Positions 38,310 to 47,706 of a stretch of DNA of 64,000 bases are shown here, piece by piece. The stretch is from assembly GCA_964615995.1 (NCBI GenBank), contig CAZTSR010000006.1, forward strand, positions 11,055 through 75,054. The letters are read 5' to 3'. Every line of letters starts with the position of its first letter. The stretch's first letter is position 1. The notes below the pieces were generated by a model. That model saw nothing but the letters and a program-made list of their open reading frames with translations. It searched no databases and was not told the DNA's origin. This stretch comes from an uncultured Bacteroidales bacterium. GTDB taxonomy: Bacteria; Bacteroidota; Bacteroidia; Bacteroidales; UBA10428. A program made the translations under genes and the position numbers.

Positions 38310-39469
38310 AATAATAGAGCTGCATTACTACCGCCAAAACCTGACGCCATTTTCAGGCAGGTTTGAAGGTTTTTTTCACTTGTTTCATCAATAATAGCAA
38401 GAGGATTGGTGACACCTGATTCAGTATATCCCAAAGTTTTCAATAAAAGATTGCTTTTTAGCGTGTGTATGCAGGCTACAGACTCAATAATTCCTGCGGC
38501 ACCCAATGTGTGTCCCCAATATCCTTTAAGGCTGTTTACAGGAACGTGATTTAAACCAGCCCGGGTAAGTGCGATGGATTCCATCTCATCATTATAGGGA
38601 GTTGCTGTTCCATGGGCAGAAATATAATCAACCGGCTTATCAAAGCCTTCCAGTGTTTTGCGGATGGCAATATACAATCCCTCACCGGTTCTTGAAGGGC
38701 CGGAGATATGGTTGGCATCGTTGCTCGAAAACCCTTTGCCTGCCTTAATGATTGGTTCGCTTTCAGCCGTTGGCTTTACAGAAGAATAAACAATCGTTCC
38801 TGCTGCTTCTCCGAGCGACAAACCCTGCCTGTTTTTGTCGAATGGCTTACAGGGTCCGGCACACAATGAAAGGAAAGAATTGAATCCTGAAAGTACAAAT
38901 TCAGTAACCATATCAGCACCCGTCACAATAATCTGATTGTATCTTCCGGAGCGGATCAGACGACTTGCAATAATGGAAGCCAATACGCCTGAAATACAAG
39001 CATTTGAGACAATCCATGGCGTATTTGCCAGGTGGAAATGATGCTGAATTGCCTGCGCCGAGCTCCACAAATAAGCCCGTTCTGAAGCAGAATCCTTCGC
39101 CAGTAAATCAACATTCCCTTTTGTAGATGAAATGATCATAAGCGTATCCGGGGTCGAAAGATCCACAGAACAATGTTTCATTGCATCGCTAACAGAGGCA
39201 ATGACCATGGATTCAAAACGGGTGTATGAATTTATGGTAAAAGTACTGCCAAAGCGCTCTGAGAATTTATTAAAATCAATTCGTGAAGCCCAGAAAGGTT
39301 GTGGACTAATGGAAAGATCCTCATGATAAGAGATCCCTGTTTCACCTGCCCTGAGCGCAGCTATGTTTTCACCGGTGGTAAAACCAAGCGGTGAAATGAT
39401 ATTATCCGATAAAATATATGCTTCTCTCAAAAATCTCAATTTTAGGCCAGACCATGCTTTCTCTTCCAT
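38297..39469 (-). CDS. beta-ketoacyl synthase
   Basis: Active-site context VSNACISGVLASIIA, HGTATPYND, GHTLGAAG, ASGFGGSNAALLF. Confidence 0.85.
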   Translation of the reverse strand: MEEKAWSGLKLRFLREAYILSDNIISPLGFTTGENIAALRAGETGISYHEDLSISPQPFWASRIDFNKFSERFGSTFTINSYTRFESMVIASVSDAMKHCSVDLSTPDTLMIISSTKGNVDLLAKDSASERAYLWSSAQAIQHHFHLANTPWIVSNACISGVLASIIASRLIRSGRYNQIIVTGADMVTEFVLSGFNSFLSLCAGPCKPFDKNRQGLSLGEAAGTIVYSSVKPTAESEPIIKAGKGFSSNDANHISGPSRTGEGLYIAIRKTLEGFDKPVDYISAHGTATPYNDEMESIALTRAGLNHVPVNSLKGYWGHTLGAAGIIESVACIHTLKSNLLLKTLGYTESGVTNPLAIIDETSEKNLQTCLKMASGFGGSNAALLFCKE

Positions 39470-39867
39470 TCAAGAAAAAAAGGAGGGAAATCCAGCAACA
39501 GTTCCATAGCGGTATTTAAAAAAACCTGCACAGAGGACCCTGTTGCAACAACATCACGGGTATTATTTCTGAATATGGTATAATCATACATGAGTTTAGC
39601 GGCATCACAATTCACAAACCTGGTTTCAATAACTGCGGTGTCGCCATATTTTAACGGACTTTTGTAATCGCAGTTTATTTTAACAATAGGAATCAGAAAA
39701 CCACGGCTGTAAAAATCAATATAATTGATTCCAAACAGGTCGCCAAAAGCTTCTCTGCCGTCTTCAAAATACTTGATGTAATTTCCGTGCCAGACAACGT
39801 TCATCGAATCCACATCACTAAATCGGATTTTTGATTCGGTCCGGCAAACCAGTGCTTCTTTTTTCAT
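39442..39867 (-). CDS. 4HBT/YbgC-type acyl-CoA (acyl-ACP) thioesterase
   Basis: RFSDVDSMNVVWHGNYIKYFEDGREAF, typical of the hotdog 4HBT family. 141 aa. Confidence 0.75.
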   Translation of the reverse strand: MKKEALVCRTESKIRFSDVDSMNVVWHGNYIKYFEDGREAFGDLFGINYIDFYSRGFLIPIVKINCDYKSPLKYGDTAVIETRFVNCDAAKLMYDYTIFRNNTRDVVATGSSVQVFLNTAMELLLDFPPFFLEWKRKHGLA

Positions 39868-39884
39868 TATGAGTGCAATATCAG

Positions 39885-39918
39885 AAAAAACCCCGCATCT
39901 GATATTTCAAATACGGGG
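39885..39918 (-). terminator. rho-independent terminator (minus strand)
   Basis: The minus strand reads ccccgtat...atgcgggg (8-bp stem with one mismatch; plus-strand arms 39891-39898 and 39911-39918), followed by tttttt (plus-strand a-run 39885-39890). Confidence 0.65.
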
Positions 39919-39956
39919 CGTAAATATAATCAATACCTTGCCTTAAAATAAAAATT

Positions 39957-40127
39957 TCACGTAAAAAATACAGCAATGGCACCATGTAAAAGCGCGCCTA
40001 CTCCTAATGATATCCCAAAATACTTATGCGCTTTATAGGAAATTTTAACAATCTTCAATCCGCTAAGAATCTGAATTGCAACCAGTACAAAATTTACAAT
40101 TCCCAAAGGTAAGATGAGTGAATACAT
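39957..40127 (-). CDS. small (56 aa) two-TM membrane protein, hand-called
   Basis: Below the track's size cutoff. MYSLILPLGIVNFVLVAIQILSGLKIVKISYKAHKYFGISLGVGALLHGAIAVFFT has two hydrophobic helices and His34/His48. It starts 10 nt after the upstream stop and ends just before the terminator. Confidence 0.4.
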   Translation of the reverse strand: MYSLILPLGIVNFVLVAIQILSGLKIVKISYKAHKYFGISLGVGALLHGAIAVFFT

Positions 40128-40137
40128 ATTTAAGTAA

Positions 40138-40503
40138 TTAGTTGACTTTAATATTCAATGTTTTTGCACCGGTAGAACCGTGAATATTGCAATTTCCCTG
40201 GGCTACAATAACCATATCGGCTGTAACCGTAATTTTATATTCAACCGTAAAATTCTCTGAAGGAGGAAGTGTAGTTTTGGTATATTCCCATTTCTTCACT
40301 TCTTTCCCGTCAATCTTGAGCGATACCCAGTCGGTATGATGTCCCTTGCTGTTTCCTTTGTGCGCTACCTGAATTACAACAGTTATTTCTGTTCCCGCTT
40401 TTATTTCCGCAGGCGCTTTAATGGTAACTGAGGTCTTGTTTGCATAAGCTCCCGCAAGGAAAATGCCGAACAATGCGATCATTGTTAATGCAATCTTTTT
40501 CAT
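40138..40503 (-). CDS. exported desulfoferrodoxin / superoxide-reductase-like (Fe-binding domain) protein
   Basis: Signal peptide MKKIALTMIALFGIFLAGAYA. The C-terminal GNCNIHG matches the CN(I/L)HG Fe-ligand motif, and AHKGNSKGHHTDWVSL resembles the HxxxxxH(H) ligand region of 1Fe-SORs. No equivalent of the N-terminal E-K-H ligand segment was seen. Confidence 0.55.
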   Translation of the reverse strand: MKKIALTMIALFGIFLAGAYANKTSVTIKAPAEIKAGTEITVVIQVAHKGNSKGHHTDWVSLKIDGKEVKKWEYTKTTLPPSENFTVEYKITVTADMVIVAQGNCNIHGSTGAKTLNIKVN

Positions 40504-40659
40504 AATGGAGTTTTGTTTAAAGTGAATGAACTGTTCCGAAATTAGTGAAAAACGATATGCTTTTCAACAAATCATCAAACCAATAAAAAAATGATTCCGG
40601 ATTCTGGAAAACCAATCAACAAATCTACAGATCATCAAATCATCAAATCATCAAATAAA

Positions 40660-41955
40660 TCACTCTCTTCGGTCAATCAGCTTTACCGGTTTGCGGCTTA
40701 GAGGTGGAAACTGAAGACTGTTGATATAGTCCACCGTCTCAAACGACACAGAAGGAGCAACTCTGAGTTTAGCCCTGAAATGGTCCTTGATCATTTTCTC
40801 GAAATTCTCAGAATGGTCTGATGCGCCAACGCGGATCAGAATTTCATCCGTACCAATTTGATTGGTATATACTTCAATAACATAATTTTTGACGCCTTCA
40901 ATATTCTCCAGGATGTCATATAAGGCAGGAGGATATAAAGTGGTTCCTTTATATTTGATCATTTGCTTTTTACGTCCGATTACCGGTCCCAGTCTGATGG
41001 TATTTCTTCCGCATTTACATGGCTCATCGTGTGCCTCAACCATATCCCCTGTTTTAAATCGCAATAGAGGCATCCCCTCAACTCCCAAAGTAGTAATGGT
41101 AACCTCACCCGGAGTTCCATAAGGAACCGGCTGGTCATTTTCGTCCAGAAATTCAACAATAATCAACTCCGGATTATGATGACCTCCAACGCCATACTCA
41201 CATTCTGTAAAAGAGGTAGCCATTTCAGTTGATGCATAAGTCGAAAACAGCTTCAATTCCGGCCATTTTTCACTGATCTTTTTACCCAGGGTGTTATAGG
41301 AAAAATCTGTATTACGGATGGAATCGCCAATGCAAACAGCCCGCTTTACACCAGAGGAATGAATGTCAATTCCCATTTTTTCGGCATAGTCGATGATGTT
41401 AATCAGGAATGAAGGAACGGCGACCAGTGTGGTTGGAGAAAATCGTTTTATTGAATCCCACTGTAATTCAGGGATTCCATTACCTACTCTTACCATAGCG
41501 GCTTTGAGCATACGCGTGCCTAAAAAATAGGCCAATCCGGCCATAAATCTCCGGTCCATGGTGGTCATCAACTGAAAAATATCATCCTGGGTACAACCAG
41601 CAACTCTGAATCCGGTAAATTCATTATATGCCAGCCGGTTCAAGTCCTGGTCAGTCATGGCAAATACGACAGGATTTCCCAATGTTCCTGAAGTTGTGAT
41701 ATAGTCAACAATTTCCCTCTTGTCCACACAAATAAAATCTTCGCCCTGGCATTGAAGGTCTTCTTTTGTGGTGGGCGGAATCTGACGCAGATCTTCCAGG
41801 GTCCGAATCTGATTGATATCGATCTGATGTTTTTCAAACAAAGCTTTATAAAAAGCCGAATGTTTTTGTAAATAAGGCAAAAGCTTTTTTAACTCCTGTT
41901 CCTGATAAACTTTAATTTCTTCAAGACTTCGGGTTTCAATTTCGCGAATGGCCAT
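40660..41955 (-). CDS. phenylacetate-CoA ligase (PaaK) / coenzyme F390 synthetase-like adenylating enzyme
   Basis: YITTSGTLGNPVVFAMTDQDL and 431 aa, with PaaK-like N- and C-domains. Candidate aryl-acid starter-activating enzyme. Confidence 0.8.
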   Translation of the reverse strand: MAIREIETRSLEEIKVYQEQELKKLLPYLQKHSAFYKALFEKHQIDINQIRTLEDLRQIPPTTKEDLQCQGEDFICVDKREIVDYITTSGTLGNPVVFAMTDQDLNRLAYNEFTGFRVAGCTQDDIFQLMTTMDRRFMAGLAYFLGTRMLKAAMVRVGNGIPELQWDSIKRFSPTTLVAVPSFLINIIDYAEKMGIDIHSSGVKRAVCIGDSIRNTDFSYNTLGKKISEKWPELKLFSTYASTEMATSFTECEYGVGGHHNPELIIVEFLDENDQPVPYGTPGEVTITTLGVEGMPLLRFKTGDMVEAHDEPCKCGRNTIRLGPVIGRKKQMIKYKGTTLYPPALYDILENIEGVKNYVIEVYTNQIGTDEILIRVGASDHSENFEKMIKDHFRAKLRVAPSVSFETVDYINSLQFPPLSRKPVKLIDRRE

Positions 41956-43657
41956 GATTGATTTTTTTATTGAGTGCTTTTGATTTCTCTTCGAGTTTCA
42001 CATGCTCATCCATTCCGGGCAATTTCTTATGCATAGCCAGGGTATAATACTTTTGTGCCTTTGCATAATCACGCATCTCTGTATAATAATCGCCCAAATG
42101 GGAATAGGTTAAATACAATTCGGGATTCGTTTGAAGATAAGAGCTTTCAAAACCTTGCGGCAATGCTTCTCCGGATTTTTTCAAACGCCAGAGCTCCTCT
42201 GTCATTTTCTTATATTCCAGGAACTGCTGGTAATCAAATGATTTAAGAAAAGGATCTGCTGCTATGGTACGTTGCTTCAGATATATTTCCTGATGGTTTC
42301 GAATTTGATCAACCGGAATATCGAACACTTTCCTGAGATCGTAGGCCACATATTTACCTGACTGCCAGGGAGCAGTAGAAACCCATACAATAAGGCTGTC
42401 GGGCTTGAAAATCACCGAATGATGGGCAATCAGCTGATTAATGGATAACGGATTCCCCATACCGGCATTGCTATCTCCCAGGGCCATACGATCACGCAAT
42501 ATCTCAGACACATTGGAAACATTCAAACCATGATATCTGTTTAAAAGTTCTTCAACCCTTTTGTATCGGCTATAGCTATCTGAACCTTTAATATTTTCAT
42601 TATTTTTAGCGTCATTTTTAAAAGCCTGACCCTGAAAATGATTGGAACAAACGATCCGACTGCTGTCTGCACGATAAAGGTCGAGGTTATCAGGCGATTT
42701 TTCTATAATAGCCGTAGCATGGTCAATTGCAGACCCAATCATGATGGATTCAGAAACGAAAAGTTTCCTTTTTTTTGCTATTTCGTAGGCTTCATCAATG
42801 GTGGATGCATACTGAAGAATTTCCCTTGCTAAAAGCGTCACCGGAGTAGCACTCTGAACAGGTATGGATGATTTTGAAGCATTGAGGGTAACGGTAAGTC
42901 CTTTTTCATTCATTCCTGAAACCACACCAATCAGGTCGGCCCAGGTAATCATCATGAATCTGTGTCCCTGCGATGGCTTTACAAAACATACGATCTTATT
43001 TTCAGCAAACCCATCACCCATATAAAAATCAAAATTACGGCCCACCAGCAAAGAAGAGTCTGCTGACTGCTCATCCCATACTGAAAAAGAGGTACAGGCT
43101 ACCAGGTTCAGGCCTTGCAGTGCATGACCAATATCGTGGGCAGCATGGTAGTTCAGTTGACGCTGATATCCCGAGCCGATAAAATCATAGGAGGGATCAC
43201 AAGCGAAGGAAGTGCCATATATTTCCTCTTTATATTCAGGAATGATATGCTTGTCGAGATTGCGGTTGAAAAAGGCGATAAAGTATTTCAATACTTTCAG
43301 ATAATTGTCGGATGGAACTAGAACCCGGATCTGATCGAAGAAAGCAGATTCCTGGTAATATAACAGCTCTTTGGTAAGCTGCCCGAAAGCAACACCACGC
43401 TCAAAAGGTTCTCCTTCCAGATAAGCTTCCCACAACCCGCTTTCGCTTTTCCGCAGCCAGTTGTTACCGAATGAATAGGTTTGACTACCCCAGTCTTTTC
43501 GTTCCACGGACAATAAAGAAAGATCGGCTATTTTGGGAGGACGGTCAATGGCAACAATGGCAAAATAAATGATGATGCCGGTAAACAGCACGAGCAGTGC
43601 AATTGCAATTCTGACAAGAGGCCGCCTCAGGAATTTCTTATTTTTAGCTTGCTTCAT
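41936..43657 (-). CDS. peptidase C45 / acyl-CoA:6-APA acyltransferase-like Ntn enzyme with N-terminal TM helix and C-terminal TPR-like region
   Basis: TM anchor (IAIALLVLFTGIIIYFAIVAI). The candidate autoprocessing Cys lies in LVACTSFSVW. The C-terminal helical repeats (YLTYSHLGDYYTEMRDYAKAQKYYTLAM) are TPR-like. Confidence 0.6.
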   Translation of the reverse strand: MKQAKNKKFLRRPLVRIAIALLVLFTGIIIYFAIVAIDRPPKIADLSLLSVERKDWGSQTYSFGNNWLRKSESGLWEAYLEGEPFERGVAFGQLTKELLYYQESAFFDQIRVLVPSDNYLKVLKYFIAFFNRNLDKHIIPEYKEEIYGTSFACDPSYDFIGSGYQRQLNYHAAHDIGHALQGLNLVACTSFSVWDEQSADSSLLVGRNFDFYMGDGFAENKIVCFVKPSQGHRFMMITWADLIGVVSGMNEKGLTVTLNASKSSIPVQSATPVTLLAREILQYASTIDEAYEIAKKRKLFVSESIMIGSAIDHATAIIEKSPDNLDLYRADSSRIVCSNHFQGQAFKNDAKNNENIKGSDSYSRYKRVEELLNRYHGLNVSNVSEILRDRMALGDSNAGMGNPLSINQLIAHHSVIFKPDSLIVWVSTAPWQSGKYVAYDLRKVFDIPVDQIRNHQEIYLKQRTIAADPFLKSFDYQQFLEYKKMTEELWRLKKSGEALPQGFESSYLQTNPELYLTYSHLGDYYTEMRDYAKAQKYYTLAMHKKLPGMDEHVKLEEKSKALNKKINHGHSRN

Positions 43658-45140
43658 ACATTTTTTTCATCAGGTATTTTTTGCCCAGCAATTCGGAACA
43701 AGTCAGGAAGGAACCAATGGTAACGCCCACCACCCCGTGAACATTGATATTCTGTCCTGTGAGTAACAGATTCTTCAGATATGTTCTTGGTAAAACAAGG
43801 GTTTTAAGCGGACTGTTATAATCCTTCTGAATGCCATACACCGAACCTTCCCAGGTTCCGGTATAATCGCGGTACGTAAGAGGAGATGACGTGTAAATAA
43901 ATTTCACCGCCTGGTTAATCCCCGGAAAATCTTTTTCCAGATCTTTCATTACCAACTCTGCCTTTCTTTGTTTAAAAGCCTTGTAATCATCTCCACGGTT
44001 CTCCACAGTTGTGTTGGTCCATTGAGCCACTTCTTCCCAACGCATGATGGTATTTACAATGATGGCATCGGTATACTCCATGTTCTCTTCGCAGGGAGAA
44101 AAATGGACCATATAACCCCCGGGCCATATTTCTTCTGTATAATGGAAGTCGCGCCAAAGATCTTTCACATGATAACAGAAATAATTCTTGTTGATATATC
44201 TGAAAGCATTCTTTTTCATCACCAGATACAGCGTAAACATACCGTATGTTTCAGTAATACTTTGGATGCGGTGTCTGTATGCAGGCTTAAAGGCTTTTTC
44301 ATCCATAAGACCTAAGAGGGTTTTGGGATGAATATCTGAAATAAAATGCTCAGCTTCAATAATTTCTGAATGATTTATTTCGAGCGATGTAACTGCCTGA
44401 TTCTCATAATTTACCCTGGTTACTTCGGCCTTTTTAAGGATGGTTCCCCCCATGGAAGTAACCGATTCGGCCAGAAAATCACTGAGTTGTGAACCTCCGC
44501 CCAAAAAACGGTAGGCACCTTCAATGTATGATGAATGAATTACAAGAGGAATATAAACCGGTGAATACTCTTTCATTCCCCCGTATAAAGGGGCAAGTCC
44601 GTTCAGGACATTTCTCAGCGTGAAATCAGTAGTAATGGAATCAATAAAATCAGCAATACTGATTCCATAAAATTTCAGGTATGTGGTGTTTGAGGTAGAA
44701 AGGTTTTCCAGATTGTAAAGGTCAACTGAATCACGTATTTCTTTCACCATGGATATATATTTCCTAATGGCCTCGCGCTCATGCGGAAATTGAGCGATCA
44801 TGGTTTCGGCGAAATTTTCATAGCCCATGGCAAACCGGTAATCCTTTCCGTCATAACGGATAATGTCATAGCCATCTTCATCCAGACGTTTGAGCTTTAA
44901 CCGGGAATTCAGATCGAAATATTTAAACAGCCTGTTCAGGATCATTCCTTCATCCATACCGCCGATATAATGCATGCCTGTGTCAAAAACAGTTCCACAA
45001 CGTGAAAAAGTCTGTAAGCATCCTCCCAACACTCTGTTTTTTTCGAGGATGCAAACATTATATCCTTCTTTTGCCAGAATATAAGCACATTGTAAACCTC
45101 CCAATCCACTTCCGATTATCGCTACATCATATTTCATCAC
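43644..45140 (-). CDS. FAD/NAD(P)-dependent oxidoreductase, phytoene desaturase (CrtI)-like
   Basis: YDVAIIGSGLGGLQCAYILAKEGYNVCILEKNRVLGG dinucleotide-binding motif. 498 aa. Confidence 0.8.
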   Translation of the reverse strand: MMKYDVAIIGSGLGGLQCAYILAKEGYNVCILEKNRVLGGCLQTFSRCGTVFDTGMHYIGGMDEGMILNRLFKYFDLNSRLKLKRLDEDGYDIIRYDGKDYRFAMGYENFAETMIAQFPHEREAIRKYISMVKEIRDSVDLYNLENLSTSNTTYLKFYGISIADFIDSITTDFTLRNVLNGLAPLYGGMKEYSPVYIPLVIHSSYIEGAYRFLGGGSQLSDFLAESVTSMGGTILKKAEVTRVNYENQAVTSLEINHSEIIEAEHFISDIHPKTLLGLMDEKAFKPAYRHRIQSITETYGMFTLYLVMKKNAFRYINKNYFCYHVKDLWRDFHYTEEIWPGGYMVHFSPCEENMEYTDAIIVNTIMRWEEVAQWTNTTVENRGDDYKAFKQRKAELVMKDLEKDFPGINQAVKFIYTSSPLTYRDYTGTWEGSVYGIQKDYNSPLKTLVLPRTYLKNLLLTGQNINVHGVVGVTIGSFLTCSELLGKKYLMKKMYEAS

Positions 45141-45154
45141 AGGTTGTATTTAGA

Positions 45155-46639
45155 TCAGCAATTCTTTATCTTATTTAAAAGGTATCCGGCATCAATAAGT
45201 TCAGAACAGGTAACCACAGAACTGATGGTAACACCCAGAATGCCATGAACATTGGTATTCTGGCCAGTCAGGTATAAATTGGGAATCTGTGTTCTGGGAA
45301 GAATCATGGATTCCAACGGCCTGTTAAAATCCTTGAGAATACCGTAGGCAGAGCCTCCACGGGTTCCGGTATAATCGCGCCATGTAAGGGGTGTCGATGT
45401 ATACCATGCCCGGATACGATCTCTGATTCCCGGAAATTGTTTTTCAACCGCATCCAGCAATTTCATGGCTTTTTCCTCCTTAAACGCAAGATAATCACTT
45501 CCCCTGTAACCTGTATAGGTATGCTCCCACTTTTTCACCTCAGTGTAGTCCATATAGGTGATAACGGAAGCGCTTTTTGCAAATTGTTCCCCTCCCGATA
45601 TGGCAGTGGGCATATACAGGTAATTCTGCGGCCATTTATTTACTTGATAATGAGAGGCCACCCAAACATTATCTTCTTCATAATGATAGAAGTTAAAGTT
45701 GGAATAGGGCATGCTCTCAGGTTTAAAAACCAGATACAGGGTAAACATACCCATGGTATCTTCCAGTCCATTGATCCGGTCTTTATATATTTTCCTGAAA
45801 GCCCCCGGCTCTGTCATTTCAAAAATCTGTGAAGGATGTATGTTGGCAATAAAATGGCGGGCTTCAATAATTTCTCCATCTGATAACTGAACAGCCACCG
45901 CTGCTCCTTTGCGGGTGATGATTTTTTTAACCCCTTTTTTCTTCAGAATAGTGCCTCCGTTTGAAAGGATATTGGATGCCAGAATGTTTACCACGTTATG
46001 ACTCCCGTCTGCTATGCGCCAGGCGCTTTCAATAAAAGAGTTGTTAATCAGCGCGTGAATGTACAATGGAGTCTTGTCTTCCGTTCCGGAATACAGCATG
46101 CTATTGCCGGCGAGGATATTTTGCAGGCGTGGATCTGAAATGCACGATTTGATGAAGTCAGCTGCTCCAACCGTTAAATAAGTATTATCAATGAGATTGG
46201 AAGGTGTTTCCAAAAAACTGTACATGGATATAGCCTGGCAAATCTCATGGATCTTACCGGTGTACTTTTTTAGGCCTTCCCGCTGAGAGGGAAACTTTTG
46301 AGCCAAGGTTTCTACAAAATGCTCCCGGCCCATGGCAAATTTATACTGATCATCCTTAAAATCGATCACTTCAAAGCCATCTTCATTAAGCTTTCGGAGT
46401 TTAAGAGTATCCAGCAATCCAAAATACCTGAAATAACGGTTGAGTACCTGCCCTTCTCCAAGGCTTTCGGTATAATTCAATCCAGTATTAAAAATGACCC
46501 CTTTCCTTCCAAACGTTTGTAATGATCCCCCCAGCTTATGATTCTTTTCAACCAGGCATACGTTTAGTCCTTCCCTGGATAACAGATTTCCGCTTAAAAG
46601 ACCGCCCAGGCCGCCACCAATAATTACAACATCATACAT
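45155..46639 (-). CDS. FAD/NAD(P)-dependent oxidoreductase, CrtI-like (paralog)
   Basis: MYDVVIIGGGLGGLLSGNLLSREGLNVCLVEKNHKLGG. Collinear similarity to 43644-45140, including C-terminal LTGQN(I/T)NVHG(V/I)(V/L)GVTI. Confidence 0.8.
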   Translation of the reverse strand: MYDVVIIGGGLGGLLSGNLLSREGLNVCLVEKNHKLGGSLQTFGRKGVIFNTGLNYTESLGEGQVLNRYFRYFGLLDTLKLRKLNEDGFEVIDFKDDQYKFAMGREHFVETLAQKFPSQREGLKKYTGKIHEICQAISMYSFLETPSNLIDNTYLTVGAADFIKSCISDPRLQNILAGNSMLYSGTEDKTPLYIHALINNSFIESAWRIADGSHNVVNILASNILSNGGTILKKKGVKKIITRKGAAVAVQLSDGEIIEARHFIANIHPSQIFEMTEPGAFRKIYKDRINGLEDTMGMFTLYLVFKPESMPYSNFNFYHYEEDNVWVASHYQVNKWPQNYLYMPTAISGGEQFAKSASVITYMDYTEVKKWEHTYTGYRGSDYLAFKEEKAMKLLDAVEKQFPGIRDRIRAWYTSTPLTWRDYTGTRGGSAYGILKDFNRPLESMILPRTQIPNLYLTGQNTNVHGILGVTISSVVTCSELIDAGYLLNKIKNC

Positions 46640-47705
46640 GACGGTAATTCAGATAAATCAACGTGTGCTCGGTGTTTTTGATCTGATTATAAATCAGAAT
46701 ATTTTTAACCTCATGGGATGCTCCGCCGGAGAGTTTCACAACAGCCGGAATCTTTTGCTGTTCAAGGATCATGGTTGCCAAACCCAAAGCAAATGCAGAA
46801 GCCGTATAATATTCACCGCACAAGTGTTTAAAATACAAAGCGGTTTGATGGGTAAAAAAATCATTTCTAAGGACCTGAAACAGGGCATCATGATCTTTAT
46901 CTCCGTTGAGTCCCAGCATCACCGCATGCAGGTGGTTCAAAGAAGTGCCCATTTTATTTAAAAACCAGCTTATTTCGTTCTTAATGGTTTCCGGGTCAGC
47001 GTTTTCAGGTGTAAAAAAGGTATGAACCGACTGGATCTCAACTGCAGGCTTTATGTCCTCCTGATCAGAAAGCATAAAAAATGAAGAGCCCTCACCGGCA
47101 ATAGTGCCGGGCGTTTCATCGGTTAAAAGTGAAAGGTTGCTCACCGGATGCTTCTTCCATTGATTCAGGTAGCTGTGAAGCACGACAAAGTCATCTGTGC
47201 ATTCATCTATGCCACCTACCAGCACATGTTTTGCACGTTTTTCCTCAATCAGCATCATGCCGTCGAGCAATGCACTTTCAAATGAAAATGCCCGATGGCA
47301 ATAGGTAACATTATAACTGTTGTTTTTAAGAAGCATGGAAATCTGAGCTGCTACCGCATTATGTGTTGAATTGATAAATGGCAGCACACTGGTAACATGT
47401 TCCTTTGTTTCCAAAACTTCTTTCAAAAATTTCTCAAGGTTATCAAGGCATCCCAGTCCGGTACCTACAATAATTCCATCGGGACTCACACCTTCAGCCC
47501 TGCTGATGCATAATTGTGCAGAAGCGAGGCCCATTTTGAGAATCCGGGGCATGCGTCTCAAAAGCAAAGGATTGATCAGGGTTCTGTACTCCGGTTCCTT
47601 ACATACCAGCCTGTTGCCGATGATTTCCTCCACTTCCGGGAATTTACGGGAATTGCAGGTGTTTTGTGCAGATATAATACTATTTGCTTTTATAACAACG
47701 CTCAT
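46632..47705 (-). CDS. ketosynthase-like protein lacking the active-site Cys (CLF-like partner)
   Basis: Paralog of 35117-36187 (GTGLGCLDN, STHNAVAAQISML, FSFESALLDG). No ACSS nucleophile. Confidence 0.7.
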   Translation of the reverse strand: MSVVIKANSIISAQNTCNSRKFPEVEEIIGNRLVCKEPEYRTLINPLLLRRMPRILKMGLASAQLCISRAEGVSPDGIIVGTGLGCLDNLEKFLKEVLETKEHVTSVLPFINSTHNAVAAQISMLLKNNSYNVTYCHRAFSFESALLDGMMLIEEKRAKHVLVGGIDECTDDFVVLHSYLNQWKKHPVSNLSLLTDETPGTIAGEGSSFFMLSDQEDIKPAVEIQSVHTFFTPENADPETIKNEISWFLNKMGTSLNHLHAVMLGLNGDKDHDALFQVLRNDFFTHQTALYFKHLCGEYYTASAFALGLATMILEQQKIPAVVKLSGGASHEVKNILIYNQIKNTEHTLIYLNYRHV

Positions 47706-47706
47706 A

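Noticed and set aside
40631-40654. Tandem 8-mer atcatcaa x3 (a fourth copy lies at 40571-40578) in the gap between the PaaK-like gene and the SOR-like gene.
   Set aside because: Very short AT-rich microsatellite-like repeat. It may simply be intergenic slippage. No spacer structure, so it is not a CRISPR array.
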